From contig CAYMEK010000019.1 of NCBI GenBank assembly GCA_964389305.1, positions 416 through 64,415 on the forward strand: a stretch of 64,000 nt of DNA. Reading direction: 5' to 3'. The translations under genes were made by a program, and so were the position numbers. Positions 1 to 10,006 of the stretch are shown piece after piece. Source of the stretch: an uncultured Spirochaetaceae bacterium. GTDB lineage: Bacteria > Spirochaetota > Spirochaetia > SZUA-6 > DRHE01. Below the pieces are notes generated by a model. It saw nothing but the letters and a program-made list of their open reading frames with translations. It was not told where the DNA came from and searched no databases. Each line of letters starts with the position of its first letter. Within the stretch, counting starts at the first letter, position 1.

Positions 1-94
1 GCACCTTGATGCGCTCGGCGCCGCCGGCGCAGCCCAGCAGGATCAGGGATGAAAAGAAAGCGGCGACCAGCCTGGGCGGTAAAACCCGTTTCAA
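1..94 (-). CDS. 5' part of a probable lipoprotein (runs off the window)
   Basis: Manual translation from TTG at 94: MKRVLPPRLVAAFFSSLILLGCAGGAERIKV. It has a basic N-region, hydrophobic core and lipobox LLGC, with GGAG upstream, directly after the stop of the previous gene. Confidence 0.6.
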   Translation of the reverse strand, partial: MKRVLPPRLVAAFFSSLILLGCAGGAERIKV

Positions 95-109
95 CTTCCA
101 GCTCCGCCT

Positions 110-745
110 TTAGAACTGCTCGAGAAAGTTGTCTTTGGAGAGCTCCCACAGGTCCTGCTGGACCCGCCCTTCCTGGTTGAGCCTCTCGAAAACCGCCGTA
201 TCGATGTACTTGACATTGAGAGGGCGCTCCAGGGATAGACGCAATCCCTCGAACTGCCACACCGATTCGGTGGGATCGAGGCTGTCCGGGATTCCGTATT
301 TGGCTGACAAGGTCGAGTACAGCATGTAGTAGTCCAGCTTGTCCTGGTCCAGCGAAAGGATCATGATGTACAAGCGGTCATCGTGAAACTGGAAGTAGGC
401 GCGCTGGATGTAGGAGCTTCCCGAGGTTTCGATGAGGGTCTGGGGAGGTTGGGGCAGGAAGCTGATGTCCGGCTCGCCGCGGTAGTCGTACAACGGGTCC
501 TGCAGCAGCCGTTCCTTGACCTGCTCCAGCTCCATACCCAGCTCGACCGTGCGGAACCCTCGGGGCGGGGCGGCCTCGGCGAGCAGTAGCTCGTCAGGCC
601 GTTCCTCCGCCGGACGCCGGCCGGCTGCCTGTTCCGCGCCAGGGCGAGTCTCGGCCGGCTGGTCCTGAGCCTGCCCCGACAGCGCGACGAACAGAAGCAG
701 AAACAGCGGCGTAAGCCTCGATTCAAGCAATCTCCTGGTCATCAC
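110..745 (-). CDS. Secreted hypothetical protein
   Basis: ORF 110..769; start refined to GTG 745/ATG 742, just after a TTGTCC-17-TATATT promoter. Signal peptide LFLLLFVALSGQA. Confidence 0.75.
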   Translation of the reverse strand: MMTRRLLESRLTPLFLLLFVALSGQAQDQPAETRPGAEQAAGRRPAEERPDELLLAEAAPPRGFRTVELGMELEQVKERLLQDPLYDYRGEPDISFLPQPPQTLIETSGSSYIQRAYFQFHDDRLYIMILSLDQDKLDYYMLYSTLSAKYGIPDSLDPTESVWQFEGLRLSLERPLNVKYIDTAVFERLNQEGRVQQDLWELSKDNFLEQF

Positions 746-903
746 AGCCCCAATATACCTTTCTCCCACCGGCAGGACAATAGCTGCGGTGTGCAGTGCC
801 CGGCCGCAACCGTGCTCGTTCTAGTATCTTATCGGCGGTTTCCACAGGCGAAAAAAGTTAGCCCGGCATTGTATTCCTCGACCTGTGAGACTATATTGAA
901 ACC

Positions 904-2598
904 ATGTACAGGGTGCCGGCGGTTGTCTTTGTACTGCTCCTGTCTTACGCTCTCCCGGCTTGCTCGACCAGCGGGGGCGGTCTTTATTATGGGGCTTTCC
1001 ACGCCGGAATAGATCTCGCTGCTGTAATCTCTTCGAGCCTAGAGGATGACGATTGGGCGAGCAGCGCGCATACGGTCAGCCAGAAGAGCGGACTGGAGAT
1101 CGAATCCCGCCCGGAGAAAGCTCACATTTACCTGGACGACCGCTACCAGGGACTCACCCCGCTGCGGATCGAGGATGTGCAGACGGGCAGGCACAAGCTT
1201 ACGCTGAAGAAAAACGGTTACTATACGGAGACCATGTGGATCGAGTACGCCGGCGGATATGCCGCCTATTTCATTACGCTGCGGGTGGTCGCCGGCTTCT
1301 TGAAAATAGATGTCCTGCCGCCGGACGCCGAGTTGACCGTAGACGGCGAGCGGCTGAGTGCGGGATACCTGCACGAGCTTCCGGTCGGTACCTACCAGGT
1401 TCGGGCCAGTGCTTTCGGCTACGTGGAGCAGGAGATGTCGGTGGAAATCCGGGAGCGCGAGTTGAGCTCTCTAGATTTCGTGCTCGAGAAGGCGGAATTC
1501 GCCCTTTCTAACCTGAGGGCAAACCGGCAGGCCTTTAATCCCCGCAACCCCGGACTGCTGGGAACAGTCGGTATCCGTTTCCGGGTAACCGGCTACGGGA
1601 GCGGCCGGGTAACCATTCTCGACGAGCAAGGACAGGAGGTATTCCGCCGAAACCTGTCCCACTTCACGACCTGGCAGCAGAGCTTCAACTGGGACGGCCG
1701 CAGCCAATCGGGCGCTCCTCTGGCCGACGGACGCTACACGGTGCGTTTGGAAGCCTGGTTGGACGAGGGGCAGGGCCCGGTCACGGCAGAGTTGACTGTG
1801 CGGATCGACAGCTCTATCGTGCTGCTTTATCGCAGCCTCTGGAGCGGAAGCGCCGGCCTGCTCTACGCTCCCTCCACCGACCTGCTGCCGGACCGCAGCC
1901 TCCAGCTCTCCTCCCTGGTAATGGGCTATGCCAGTACTTCGGGCGGAGGTGCCGATGTCCAGGTGCCGATCAATACCGGACTGCGCCTTGGGCTCGGGAA
2001 GGAGGGACGCTTGGAGCTGGACGCCTCCGCCGGCATGATCATCGGCCGCGGGGCCGAAGAGGAGGAAGATGAATTCTACCTGCCCTTTTTCGCCGGCGCA
2101 GCCCTGAAGTATTCGCTGACCACGCCTCGAGTCGCCGTCGGCGCACTCACGCTGGGCAGCGTGGCTCAGGCCAAGCTGGTATACCAGAACGTGTACACCG
2201 ACATCCTGGCCGATTTCAGCGGACTCTCCCTGGGCATTCCGACCAGCCTGCACTGGGGTCCTCTATCCGTGGTACTCGCACCGGAGTTGGTTGTTTCGCC
2301 GTGGCACGTGTCCTATGACCCGGATGATACTCCCGAGGTTGGCTTTTACGGCTGGGTATATGGCAGAATGGGGTTGATCCTGGATTTCCCACCCTTTGCC
2401 TTCGGCGCCTCCGCCTCCTTGCGCAGCCGGCCTTTCAACCAAGGCCTGGGCCTGGGCTACCCCGTGCAGGCGGCCCTGGAGGCGCACTGGCTGATTCCAC
2501 GGACGCAGCTTTTTCTCTCCCTGGCCGTTGCCGGGGAGTTCAGGCACCCCGATTCGTTCCACCTGCTCGGCGGAGGGGGCCTGGGAATCCTGCACTAA
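904..2598 (+). CDS. PEGA-domain lipoprotein with a FlgD-type Ig domain and a probable C-terminal beta-barrel
   Basis: Lipobox-like ALPAC; two PEGA repeats (IESRPEKAHIYLDD..GLTPL..GRHKLTLKKNGY; PPDAELTVDG..PVGTYQVRASAFGY); FNP...WDGRSQSGAPLADGRYTV FlgD motif; amphipathic C-terminal strands. Confidence 0.8.
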   Translation: MYRVPAVVFVLLLSYALPACSTSGGGLYYGAFHAGIDLAAVISSSLEDDDWASSAHTVSQKSGLEIESRPEKAHIYLDDRYQGLTPLRIEDVQTGRHKLTLKKNGYYTETMWIEYAGGYAAYFITLRVVAGFLKIDVLPPDAELTVDGERLSAGYLHELPVGTYQVRASAFGYVEQEMSVEIRERELSSLDFVLEKAEFALSNLRANRQAFNPRNPGLLGTVGIRFRVTGYGSGRVTILDEQGQEVFRRNLSHFTTWQQSFNWDGRSQSGAPLADGRYTVRLEAWLDEGQGPVTAELTVRIDSSIVLLYRSLWSGSAGLLYAPSTDLLPDRSLQLSSLVMGYASTSGGGADVQVPINTGLRLGLGKEGRLELDASAGMIIGRGAEEEEDEFYLPFFAGAALKYSLTTPRVAVGALTLGSVAQAKLVYQNVYTDILADFSGLSLGIPTSLHWGPLSVVLAPELVVSPWHVSYDPDDTPEVGFYGWVYGRMGLILDFPPFAFGASASLRSRPFNQGLGLGYPVQAALEAHWLIPRTQLFLSLAVAGEFRHPDSFHLLGGGGLGILH

Positions 2599-2656
2599 AG
2601 AGTACAGAGCCCGGGCGATCGACTTTCCGGCGAGGACAGCAAATTACCCGGCAGCG

Positions 2657-3013
2657 TCAACGAACAAACAGGATAACAACCAGGGCGATCAGGATCGCCG
2701 CCAGAATCAGTCCGATCAGCCGGTACAAGCCGGCCGGAGGCGTAGGCCCCGGCTCTTCGACCGCCTTGGGGCGCCGAGGCGGGGCGTCCTTGCTCCGCTT
2801 CACGCCGTCACGACGCCCGACTTTCCTACCGGTGGCGGTGGTAGCCTTCATGTAGCCGCAGGAGGGACAGCCGGTGACAAAATCCTTCTCCTCGCCCTGA
2901 AAGCCGCAGCGGGGACACTGGATGGCGGTGAAATAACGACCGCAGTTAGGACAGCGAATCGTATTGCGCGGTACCTCGGTGCCGCAGAGGTCGCAGAAAA
3001 AGCGTAGTTTCAT
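2657..3013 (-). CDS. Double zinc-ribbon membrane-anchored protein
   Basis: Four CxxC pairs (CDLC, CPNC, CPRC, CPSC) and a C-terminal TM helix. Confidence 0.8.
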   Translation of the reverse strand: MKLRFFCDLCGTEVPRNTIRCPNCGRYFTAIQCPRCGFQGEEKDFVTGCPSCGYMKATTATGRKVGRRDGVKRSKDAPPRRPKAVEEPGPTPPAGLYRLIGLILAAILIALVVILFVR

Positions 3014-3154
3014 CCTGCAGCCCCGTATGCCAGGCCTTTCATCTTTCCGAAGTAATTATTACCCGCCGCGCCGGAAAAAAGCAATTGTTCGACTGAAAGG
3101 CCGTTGGCCCGCTCCCGCTTGTCCGAGTACGGACCTACCTGGTATAAAGAAAAT

Positions 3155-4198
3155 ATGGAAGTCGGCTTAATCGGACTACAGGCCAGCGGCAAGACCACTA
3201 TTTTCAATGCCCTTTCGGGACAGCAGGCTCCGCTCGCCGGTGGATACGGGCAAGTCCACCTGGCCGAAGTCGAGGTCCCCGACGAGCGGGTGGAAAAGCT
3301 GGCCGACCTGTTCGCCAAAAAGAAACGAGTGCACGCCACGGTGCTGCTCAAGGACCTGCACCTCGAGTTCAGCGGGCAGGGCGGCATCGCTCCACAGTCT
3401 TTGGCCGAGCTGCGTACCAACGACGCCATGGCTGTTGTGGTACGCGCTTTCCGGGACGAATCGGTGGCTCATCCCCTTCAGAGTATTGACCCGGCCCGGG
3501 ACCTGCGCAGCCTCCTCGACTCGCTGATCTTCAGCGACTATGAGATCGTGGACAGGCGCCTCGAACGGCTGGCCAAGGAAGGCAGGAAGGGAGACCGGGA
3601 GCATGCAGTATTGGAGAAGCTGGCCGAGATGCTCAGCCAAGGGAACCTGATCGGTCCCGGTTCCGTCCACGAGGATGATAGAAACATGCTGGCAGGCTTT
3701 CAGTTCCTTACCGCCAAGCCGCTTCTCGTAGTAGCCAACACGGGCGAGCGGCCGGCAAGCCTTGCCGGCCTGGAGGAGCAGGCCCGCAGCCTGGGACTCC
3801 ACGTGTTTCCCATCCAAGGACTCCAGGAGATGGAGATCTCTCTGCTGGAGCCCGGGGAACAGCAGGAGTTCCTGACCGACCTGGGACTGGAAGAGCCCGC
3901 CCGCGTCCGCTTCCTGAAATCCCTGTACGGCAGCCTCGATCTGATCAGTTTTCTGACGGTCGGTGATCAGGAGGTAAGAGCCTGGAGCCTGCCCAGCGGT
4001 GCCACGGCCTTGAGAGCTGCCGGTAAGATCCATACCGACATGGAGAGAGGCTTCATTCGAGCCGAGGTGATCGGCTGCGACCGGCTTCTCGAAGAAGGGG
4101 GATTCGCTCAGGCCCGCCAGCAGGGCGACCTGCGCCTGGAAGGTAAGGACTACACGGTCCGGGACGGGGATGTTCTTACCATCCGCTTCAACGTCTAG
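3155..4198 (+). CDS. ychF: YchF/Obg-like ATPase, divergent paralog-like form (DUF933/TGS C-terminus)
   Basis: P-loop GLQASGKTT, VPDERV, FLTAKP, FLTVG..EVRAW, AAGKIHTDMERGFIRAEV, EGKDYTVRDGD. Start refined to ATG 3155. Confidence 0.85.
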   Translation: MEVGLIGLQASGKTTIFNALSGQQAPLAGGYGQVHLAEVEVPDERVEKLADLFAKKKRVHATVLLKDLHLEFSGQGGIAPQSLAELRTNDAMAVVVRAFRDESVAHPLQSIDPARDLRSLLDSLIFSDYEIVDRRLERLAKEGRKGDREHAVLEKLAEMLSQGNLIGPGSVHEDDRNMLAGFQFLTAKPLLVVANTGERPASLAGLEEQARSLGLHVFPIQGLQEMEISLLEPGEQQEFLTDLGLEEPARVRFLKSLYGSLDLISFLTVGDQEVRAWSLPSGATALRAAGKIHTDMERGFIRAEVIGCDRLLEEGGFAQARQQGDLRLEGKDYTVRDGDVLTIRFNV

Positions 4199-4224
4199 GC
4201 TCTCCGCCCCTGCCGCCTCAAGCC

Positions 4225-5361
4225 TCAATACGGCTCCTGCTCGGCGAGAATGGCATTCAGAGGCACCGAGGTGAGGTAGAATTCCTCGTAAGCCAGTTCC
4301 TGGCGATCGAAGAAACTGGTCGTCAAGTCGAAAAAGTCCGGCCGAGGCTGGACGCGCAGCATGCCCTTCAGCTTGTCCTTGTCTATCCTGGCCTCGAGAA
4401 AGAAGTTGCCCGAAGCCAGCTTGCCTGCCAGCTCGGGTCCCCGCTCCTTTTCCCAGAGGACCACCAGGCCGGGTTCCTCGGCCCGGGCCGGCACGAGCTC
4501 CATGGTGAAACGGTTCTCCGCTCCTAGGCGACTCAAGTCTCCTTCGCTGTGGAAGTACAGATATATCGACAGGTTCGGGGAGATAACAGAGTAGGTGGAG
4601 ACGTACAGGTAAATCTGCGCCTCTTCGTTGACTATCTTTATTTGGTTCAAGGAAGTGCCGCCCTGCCGCCAGTGCCGGGCGTTCGTAATGGGCAGGACTT
4701 CGAAGTCGGCGCCGTACTGCTCCCAGGTGAAGCTGGAAAGGGTTTGATCGGCCGGAAAGGAGATGAACGCCGGGATCTCCTCCCAGTCCTCGTAGTTGTT
4801 GTCGATCTGAAGGCGCGGAGCTTCGCCTTCTGCAGACGTTGCCGCTGTAGCCTGCTGGCCCTCGGCGGGAGGAGCGGCCGGGGCGGCAAGAGCGGGACTC
4901 GTAGGAGCCGGGATCGCGGGATAGGCGGCGATCCTTCCCCGACCCGCCCGGGCTTGGATTAGGCTCGGCTCGCTGTAGATCCTGTAGTTGCGCTCGTTGA
5001 GCCCGCCGCCGGCCTGGAGGGTGATCGCGCGCACGGGGAACGAGCTTTGACCCGGGATCGTGAAAAAACCCACTAACAGGTGCTTTCCTTCACTCAGGTT
5101 ATCCAGGCGTCTGTCTTCGCCGGGCTTGAGCTCGATGAAGCCGACGAACTCGCCGCCTGCGGCGGGAGCCTCGGCGAAATAGTCATACAGAACGTTCGGG
5201 AAGATGCTCCCCGAAGCATCGAAGGCCGTCAGCTCCGGAGGGTCCAGAACGTAATAGAAGCTCGAGCGCTCCGCGTTGCTGATCACCACGGCGAAGTCCT
5301 GCGCGGTAAGGAGCGCTGCAACGCCTGCCAACAGAATCGTACCGATCACTAGCCGTTTCAT
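4225..5361 (-). CDS. Secreted hypothetical protein with a Pro/Ala linker and possible DOMON/CBM9-like C-terminal domain
   Basis: GGAG + ATG 5361; signal peptide MKRLVIGTILLAGVAALLTA; linker; IDNNYEDWEEIP motif. Confidence 0.7.
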   Translation of the reverse strand: MKRLVIGTILLAGVAALLTAQDFAVVISNAERSSFYYVLDPPELTAFDASGSIFPNVLYDYFAEAPAAGGEFVGFIELKPGEDRRLDNLSEGKHLLVGFFTIPGQSSFPVRAITLQAGGGLNERNYRIYSEPSLIQARAGRGRIAAYPAIPAPTSPALAAPAAPPAEGQQATAATSAEGEAPRLQIDNNYEDWEEIPAFISFPADQTLSSFTWEQYGADFEVLPITNARHWRQGGTSLNQIKIVNEEAQIYLYVSTYSVISPNLSIYLYFHSEGDLSRLGAENRFTMELVPARAEEPGLVVLWEKERGPELAGKLASGNFFLEARIDKDKLKGMLRVQPRPDFFDLTTSFFDRQELAYEEFYLTSVPLNAILAEQEPY

Positions 5362-5427
5362 AGTCCACTCCAAAGGAATCTATGATAATCTTCGGTAGTC
5401 GGCCTCTTTTCTTCCAACCGAAAACCA

Positions 5428-8400
5428 TTATTTCTTGCGGATCGCCAGGACGGTAAGGTCGTCGTACTGCTCGTCCTCTTTCAGTTTGGTGTAGGTTACT
5501 GTGCTGCCGTTTTCCTCGCCTGCCAGGGGGGCTTTGAAGTAGCGTGCGTATTGGTCGAAGTGCTTTTTCAGGAACCCGTCTATGTTCTTGTCCACGATCA
5601 CCCGGTCCTCGACCGTGGCCGACGGGTCGGGATATAGGCGAAAAACTTTCTCGACCGCCACCATAGCGAGCACCGCCTCCTCTACGCTTCCCTGGCAGCT
5701 GCTGAAATCGAAAGTCAGCTCCTCGTTGGCAACCGGATTGTGATACTTGATCAGGGTGAAAATATGGCGGTTGAATACCGAATTGATAATCTCATAGATG
5801 CGGTGCAGCCCCAGCTCCTCGTTGCTGCTGCCTTTCAGGTGGGTGCCGCCGTGCTCCTGGTTCTCCTCCAGGTCCGGCTCGTCGCAGACTATGGGCTGAA
5901 AGCGTTCGTTGCGAAACAGCCGCTTGGCTTCCTCGATACCGTCTGTAAACAGGAACACCGTGTCCCCGGCCTGAAGCTGCTGGGCCACCAGCTTGAACCC
6001 CGCCTGCATCTTCAACAGGTCCGAAGGAAATACCCCGGTTGCCGGGCTTTCGGGCAGTTTGTGTATGACCAGCTTTCCCTCTGCCGCTCGGTAAACGTGC
6101 AGTTTGGCCAATAACCCGGCATTGACGAAGTAACTCTTGCCGGTTGCCGAGTTGACTATGGCCAGGGCCAGAGCGGCGAAGCGGCCCTTGAAGCCCCGTT
6201 CCTCGACCAGGTCGTTGATGAGATAGGCTAGCTGGTCGATCTTGAGCCCCGGGCTCTTGGGAGTCCAGTTGCGGAAGTAGGTAGAAAAAATAGTGGCCAC
6301 CTCGACCATGATCAGAGCGGCAGGGACCCCTTTACCGGCCACGTCACACAAGATTACCGCGTAGTACTGGTCGGTGAGCTTGCGGTAGTCGAAGTAATCG
6401 CCCGAGACGCCCTTGGCCCCTTCGTAGAAGCCGAAAATTTCTATGTTGCCATCCTCCTCGCCTCCGGTCGTGCCCTTGCCGCCTTTGGGATCCGGAGCCA
6501 GAGGGATGAACATCTTCTGGACCTCCTTACCGACTGTGAGGTCCTTGCTGGCAATCGCCGCCTTGACCAGGGCCTGGGTCATCTGGTTGACCGTGGTGGC
6601 CAGCATACCGATCTCGTCCTTGGAACGGACATCGATGACATGCTCGCGCAGCTCCTCCTTGTCCTCGGTGTCCCGGATTACGGCCACTCCGGCTACCAGC
6701 TTATTGATCGGGTTGATGGTGATCGCGGCCATAAGAATCGCTCCCAACAGGCCCAGGCCGGCGGCGATCAGTGCGATGATCCCGGTGCGGAAGATCAGGT
6801 TATGCTGGGAGGCAGCCAGCTCGGACCTGATCTTCTCTGTGGAAACGCCCAGCCGCACGGCTCCCCGAAAGTAGATGTCCTGCCCGGGCTGGCGATAAAC
6901 CACCGGCCGGTAAAAGATGTAGAACGGCAGGAGCTGCTGGGGATCGAAGCGTGGAAAGCTGACCGTTTCCGATCCTATCTCGCGCAGCTCCTGTAGGATC
7001 TGAGAATCAAGCGTGCCTATCTGCTGCTGTATGAGCTGGAGCTGCTTCTGGGCCTCGACATCGGTGCGGGACCGCAGGGCCAGCTGGCGCGCCTCGGCTG
7101 ACAAGCGGTTGATCTCCTCGGCCAGGCCGGCCACCCTCTGCCTGGCGGCGTTGTTGACTCGCCGCTGGAGATCGGCGAGCAGCGGGCTTAGATCATCCTC
7201 GATGCGAACCTCACCCACCGTTTCCTGGTTGAAGGCTCCGCCTTGAAGTTTCTCGTTGATATTCGCGTCGTTGCTGGCCCACACATAGTCGAAGTGCTCG
7301 GAATCATTGACCCCCTCGCCGGTTATGGTCACGTACTCGGCCTCTTCCATCGAGGCTATCTGGTCCGGGAGCAGGCCAAGCTCGATACGGTCCTGGATGG
7401 GCAGACTATTTTCCGCGCTGGAAGCGATGCTGCCCAGCAGTATCTCGGTCCTCTGGCGGAAGCCTTCGGTCAGGCTCTGCCTCTGCCTCTGGATCATGAA
7501 CAGGCCCAGGGAGATCGAGACCATCAGTACGACGATCAGCACCAGGATCATCACCAGCAGGGTGAACTTCACTCTCAGGCTGACTCCCCTTCTCCTCAAC
7601 TCTTCCATCTTTTCTTCCTTCCTTGCGACGGAAACTTCTCCCCTCAACACCGCCAGAACTTCATGACGGAGCAATCTGCTCTCCTGGGCGATCCCGGCCA
7701 GCTTCCGGGCCGAGACTACGAGCGCTGCCGCCAGGAATACTAACACCAGCAAGAGCACCAGGTTGCCGGCGGTTATGGATCGAGCCGCCAGGCGTACGCC
7801 GTGCCAGGGCCGGTAAACAAAGGAAAAATCCCCGAATTTGACGGTACCGGGGCTTTCGATTCGAAGCACTGGGGCGGTGAAGGCCGTGCCGCGGGTGGGA
7901 TGAACGACGCCGACCCGGTACAGGCCCTCTTCTATATCGACCAGGGTGGGGCCACGGATCAGCCGATCGCTCACTACATCGTACAAGCCCTGAGCGAGGG
8001 GAAATGAATAGTCGTAGGGCGGCGCCCCGTCCTGATCGAGAATGACGCGGCTTACCAGGCCTCCCTCGGAGAATCCTCGTCCTCCGATGTTGACCGAGAG
8101 GCTGCCCAGGGCGTCGCTCTGCATGTTCACAGAGCTTATGTAGGTCACCGGTATGTACTTGTTCAGCCTGAGCATCACGGTGTCCGGCTTGCTCAGGTTG
8201 CCGGCCGTGTCCAAAGCGGCTACCGAGAAGGCCCACAAGCCGTCGTCCAGGTTGTTGTAGCTCAGAGCCTGCGGGACCTTGGTGAGGACCTGCGGAGAGA
8301 GCTTCGGCTCGGCGGCCTGCTGCTCCGTGCCGCTCGAACCCAGGTATACCAGGGAGTAGGAGTAGCCGGCGATCGGTTCCTCGCTCTCCGGAGCCCGCCA

Positions 8401-10005
8401 TTGAACCGTGAAGGTGTTGGCGTAGACGAAACCCGCATCGTCGGTTTCCGGCGGCAGCACGGTCGGCTTTGCCGGAGGGGTGGTATCCCGGATGTAACGT
8501 ACGGTTCTGGGCTCCGACCAGTTTCCCGCGTAATCCTGCACCGCCAACCGGAAGAACCAGTTGCCGTCCCGGTCCGCCTTCAGCTGCACGAAAGTCGGCT
8601 CGGTCAGCAGGCGAAGCTCTCGCGCCAGCGGCTCGCCGGGATTCTGCGTCCACAGGTAATCGACCCCGGCCAGCCCCGATGGATCCTGAGGCAACGTCCA
8701 TTCGATTTGAACCGTATCGCGGCGCGACGGCCGGGCGGGATCGAAGCCCACCGGCCGTACAACCGGCGGGCTGACCGTCTGGTCCGGGGCGAGAAATACA
8801 AGCCTCGAGTTGTTCCCCACCCGGTTTTCCCAAAACACGTATAACTGCGCATGGACCTCGACCGGGTAGGCGAAAATGGAAGCGCCTGCCATGTCGCTCA
8901 GGTCTGTTTCCTCCCAGCGGATCCCTTTCTTCTCGGCGAAGAAGATGTGGTCCTCTCCGCGGCGGCTGTCGAACCAGAACAGCAGGGTTTTGCCGCCCAG
9001 GTTTACGATCCTGGGGAAGTGTGCCGCCCCCTGCCCCTGGGTGACGGCTTCGGCTTCACCTACGACCGTGCCGTCGGGGCGAATCCGGGCAAAGTATATC
9101 TGCGGAGGGCTGGCTCCCCGCTGTCGCTCCCAGACCACGGCCAGATCGCCGTCCAGCACACTGAGGAAGGGACGCTGGTTCGTGGAGATACCGGCCTCGA
9201 ATTGCTCTTCAGGAATGCTCTCGGTCAGAAGCAGTCTCTGAGGGGCGCTCCAGGTGTATCCCCCGTCCTCGCTGTAGGTAAGGTAGAGCTGATACACGAT
9301 CTGCTCGACTGTACCCCTGGGCCAGGCCTGGAATACCACGTACTCTCTGCCGGCCCGGGAGACGTGAGCCGGCAGGAAGTTAATGGGCAGCCCGCCTCCC
9401 TCGACCAGGGGTTGAAAAGGGCTCCAGGTTCTGCCGTCGCGGGAAACCGCGTAGTAGCTAGACAAAAACGTCTCCCGCTCCTGAGTAACGAAGAGCAGCA
9501 TGTTGCCGCCGGCCGTCAGCGAAAGATATGGAGCCAGGCTGGCGACCGCGGTATCGATGACAGACAGCAGCTCGAAGGTAGCCCCCTCGTCTGTGGAGCG
9601 CAAAAGCTTGGTCTCTGTTTCCCCCGCCGCTATAGCCAGAAAAATCGTGCCCCGGCGATCCACGACCAGCGAAAAAACCGCTACCTCCCGCTCCGGATAC
9701 GAGACAGGTCCGAAAAAACGCCGGTTGGTTTTCCACAGGCGAAGGTCCCGGGAGGTGCGGATGGACAGGTAAATATCTCCCCCTCCGTCGGCAGCGCGCT
9801 CCATTTCCTGCCACACCACCGCCACCAGCCCGCCTCCGGATACCGCAGCGGGGAAGCGGGCTCCGGAGGATATCAGTACCTGCGGCTGTTCCCAGAAGAA
9901 GCTTTGGGACCAGCCCGCCGGGCCGCCGGCTGCGAGTAGAACGACGACCAGAAAGGCACACAGGAGGATCGCGTAGCGAGTCGATCTTGAAAGCTGCAGT
10001 TCCAT
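5428..10005 (-). CDS. Membrane sensor phosphatase: BNR/Asp-box propeller + Fn3-like domains + 3 TM + HAMP + SpoIIE/PP2C
   Basis: Asp boxes STDEGATF, SRDGRTW, SEDGGYTW; HAMP DEIGMLATTVNQM; PP2C motifs VSGDYFD, DVAGKGVPAAL, FTDGIEEA, DDLTVL. Start refined to ATG 10005. Confidence 0.9.
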   Translation of the reverse strand: MELQLSRSTRYAILLCAFLVVVLLAAGGPAGWSQSFFWEQPQVLISSGARFPAAVSGGGLVAVVWQEMERAADGGGDIYLSIRTSRDLRLWKTNRRFFGPVSYPEREVAVFSLVVDRRGTIFLAIAAGETETKLLRSTDEGATFELLSVIDTAVASLAPYLSLTAGGNMLLFVTQERETFLSSYYAVSRDGRTWSPFQPLVEGGGLPINFLPAHVSRAGREYVVFQAWPRGTVEQIVYQLYLTYSEDGGYTWSAPQRLLLTESIPEEQFEAGISTNQRPFLSVLDGDLAVVWERQRGASPPQIYFARIRPDGTVVGEAEAVTQGQGAAHFPRIVNLGGKTLLFWFDSRRGEDHIFFAEKKGIRWEETDLSDMAGASIFAYPVEVHAQLYVFWENRVGNNSRLVFLAPDQTVSPPVVRPVGFDPARPSRRDTVQIEWTLPQDPSGLAGVDYLWTQNPGEPLARELRLLTEPTFVQLKADRDGNWFFRLAVQDYAGNWSEPRTVRYIRDTTPPAKPTVLPPETDDAGFVYANTFTVQWRAPESEEPIAGYSYSLVYLGSSGTEQQAAEPKLSPQVLTKVPQALSYNNLDDGLWAFSVAALDTAGNLSKPDTVMLRLNKYIPVTYISSVNMQSDALGSLSVNIGGRGFSEGGLVSRVILDQDGAPPYDYSFPLAQGLYDVVSDRLIRGPTLVDIEEGLYRVGVVHPTRGTAFTAPVLRIESPGTVKFGDFSFVYRPWHGVRLAARSITAGNLVLLLVLVFLAAALVVSARKLAGIAQESRLLRHEVLAVLRGEVSVARKEEKMEELRRRGVSLRVKFTLLVMILVLIVVLMVSISLGLFMIQRQRQSLTEGFRQRTEILLGSIASSAENSLPIQDRIELGLLPDQIASMEEAEYVTITGEGVNDSEHFDYVWASNDANINEKLQGGAFNQETVGEVRIEDDLSPLLADLQRRVNNAARQRVAGLAEEINRLSAEARQLALRSRTDVEAQKQLQLIQQQIGTLDSQILQELREIGSETVSFPRFDPQQLLPFYIFYRPVVYRQPGQDIYFRGAVRLGVSTEKIRSELAASQHNLIFRTGIIALIAAGLGLLGAILMAAITINPINKLVAGVAVIRDTEDKEELREHVIDVRSKDEIGMLATTVNQMTQALVKAAIASKDLTVGKEVQKMFIPLAPDPKGGKGTTGGEEDGNIEIFGFYEGAKGVSGDYFDYRKLTDQYYAVILCDVAGKGVPAALIMVEVATIFSTYFRNWTPKSPGLKIDQLAYLINDLVEERGFKGRFAALALAIVNSATGKSYFVNAGLLAKLHVYRAAEGKLVIHKLPESPATGVFPSDLLKMQAGFKLVAQQLQAGDTVFLFTDGIEEAKRLFRNERFQPIVCDEPDLEENQEHGGTHLKGSSNEELGLHRIYEIINSVFNRHIFTLIKYHNPVANEELTFDFSSCQGSVEEAVLAMVAVEKVFRLYPDPSATVEDRVIVDKNIDGFLKKHFDQYARYFKAPLAGEENGSTVTYTKLKEDEQYDDLTVLAIRKK

Positions 10006-10006
10006 G

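Noticed and set aside
829-860. sigma28 promoter from a perfect GCCGATAA on the minus strand (similar TCCGATAA before rnpB)
   Set aside because: No TAAA-like -35 at 15-bp spacing, and a sigma70-like promoter explains the downstream gene.
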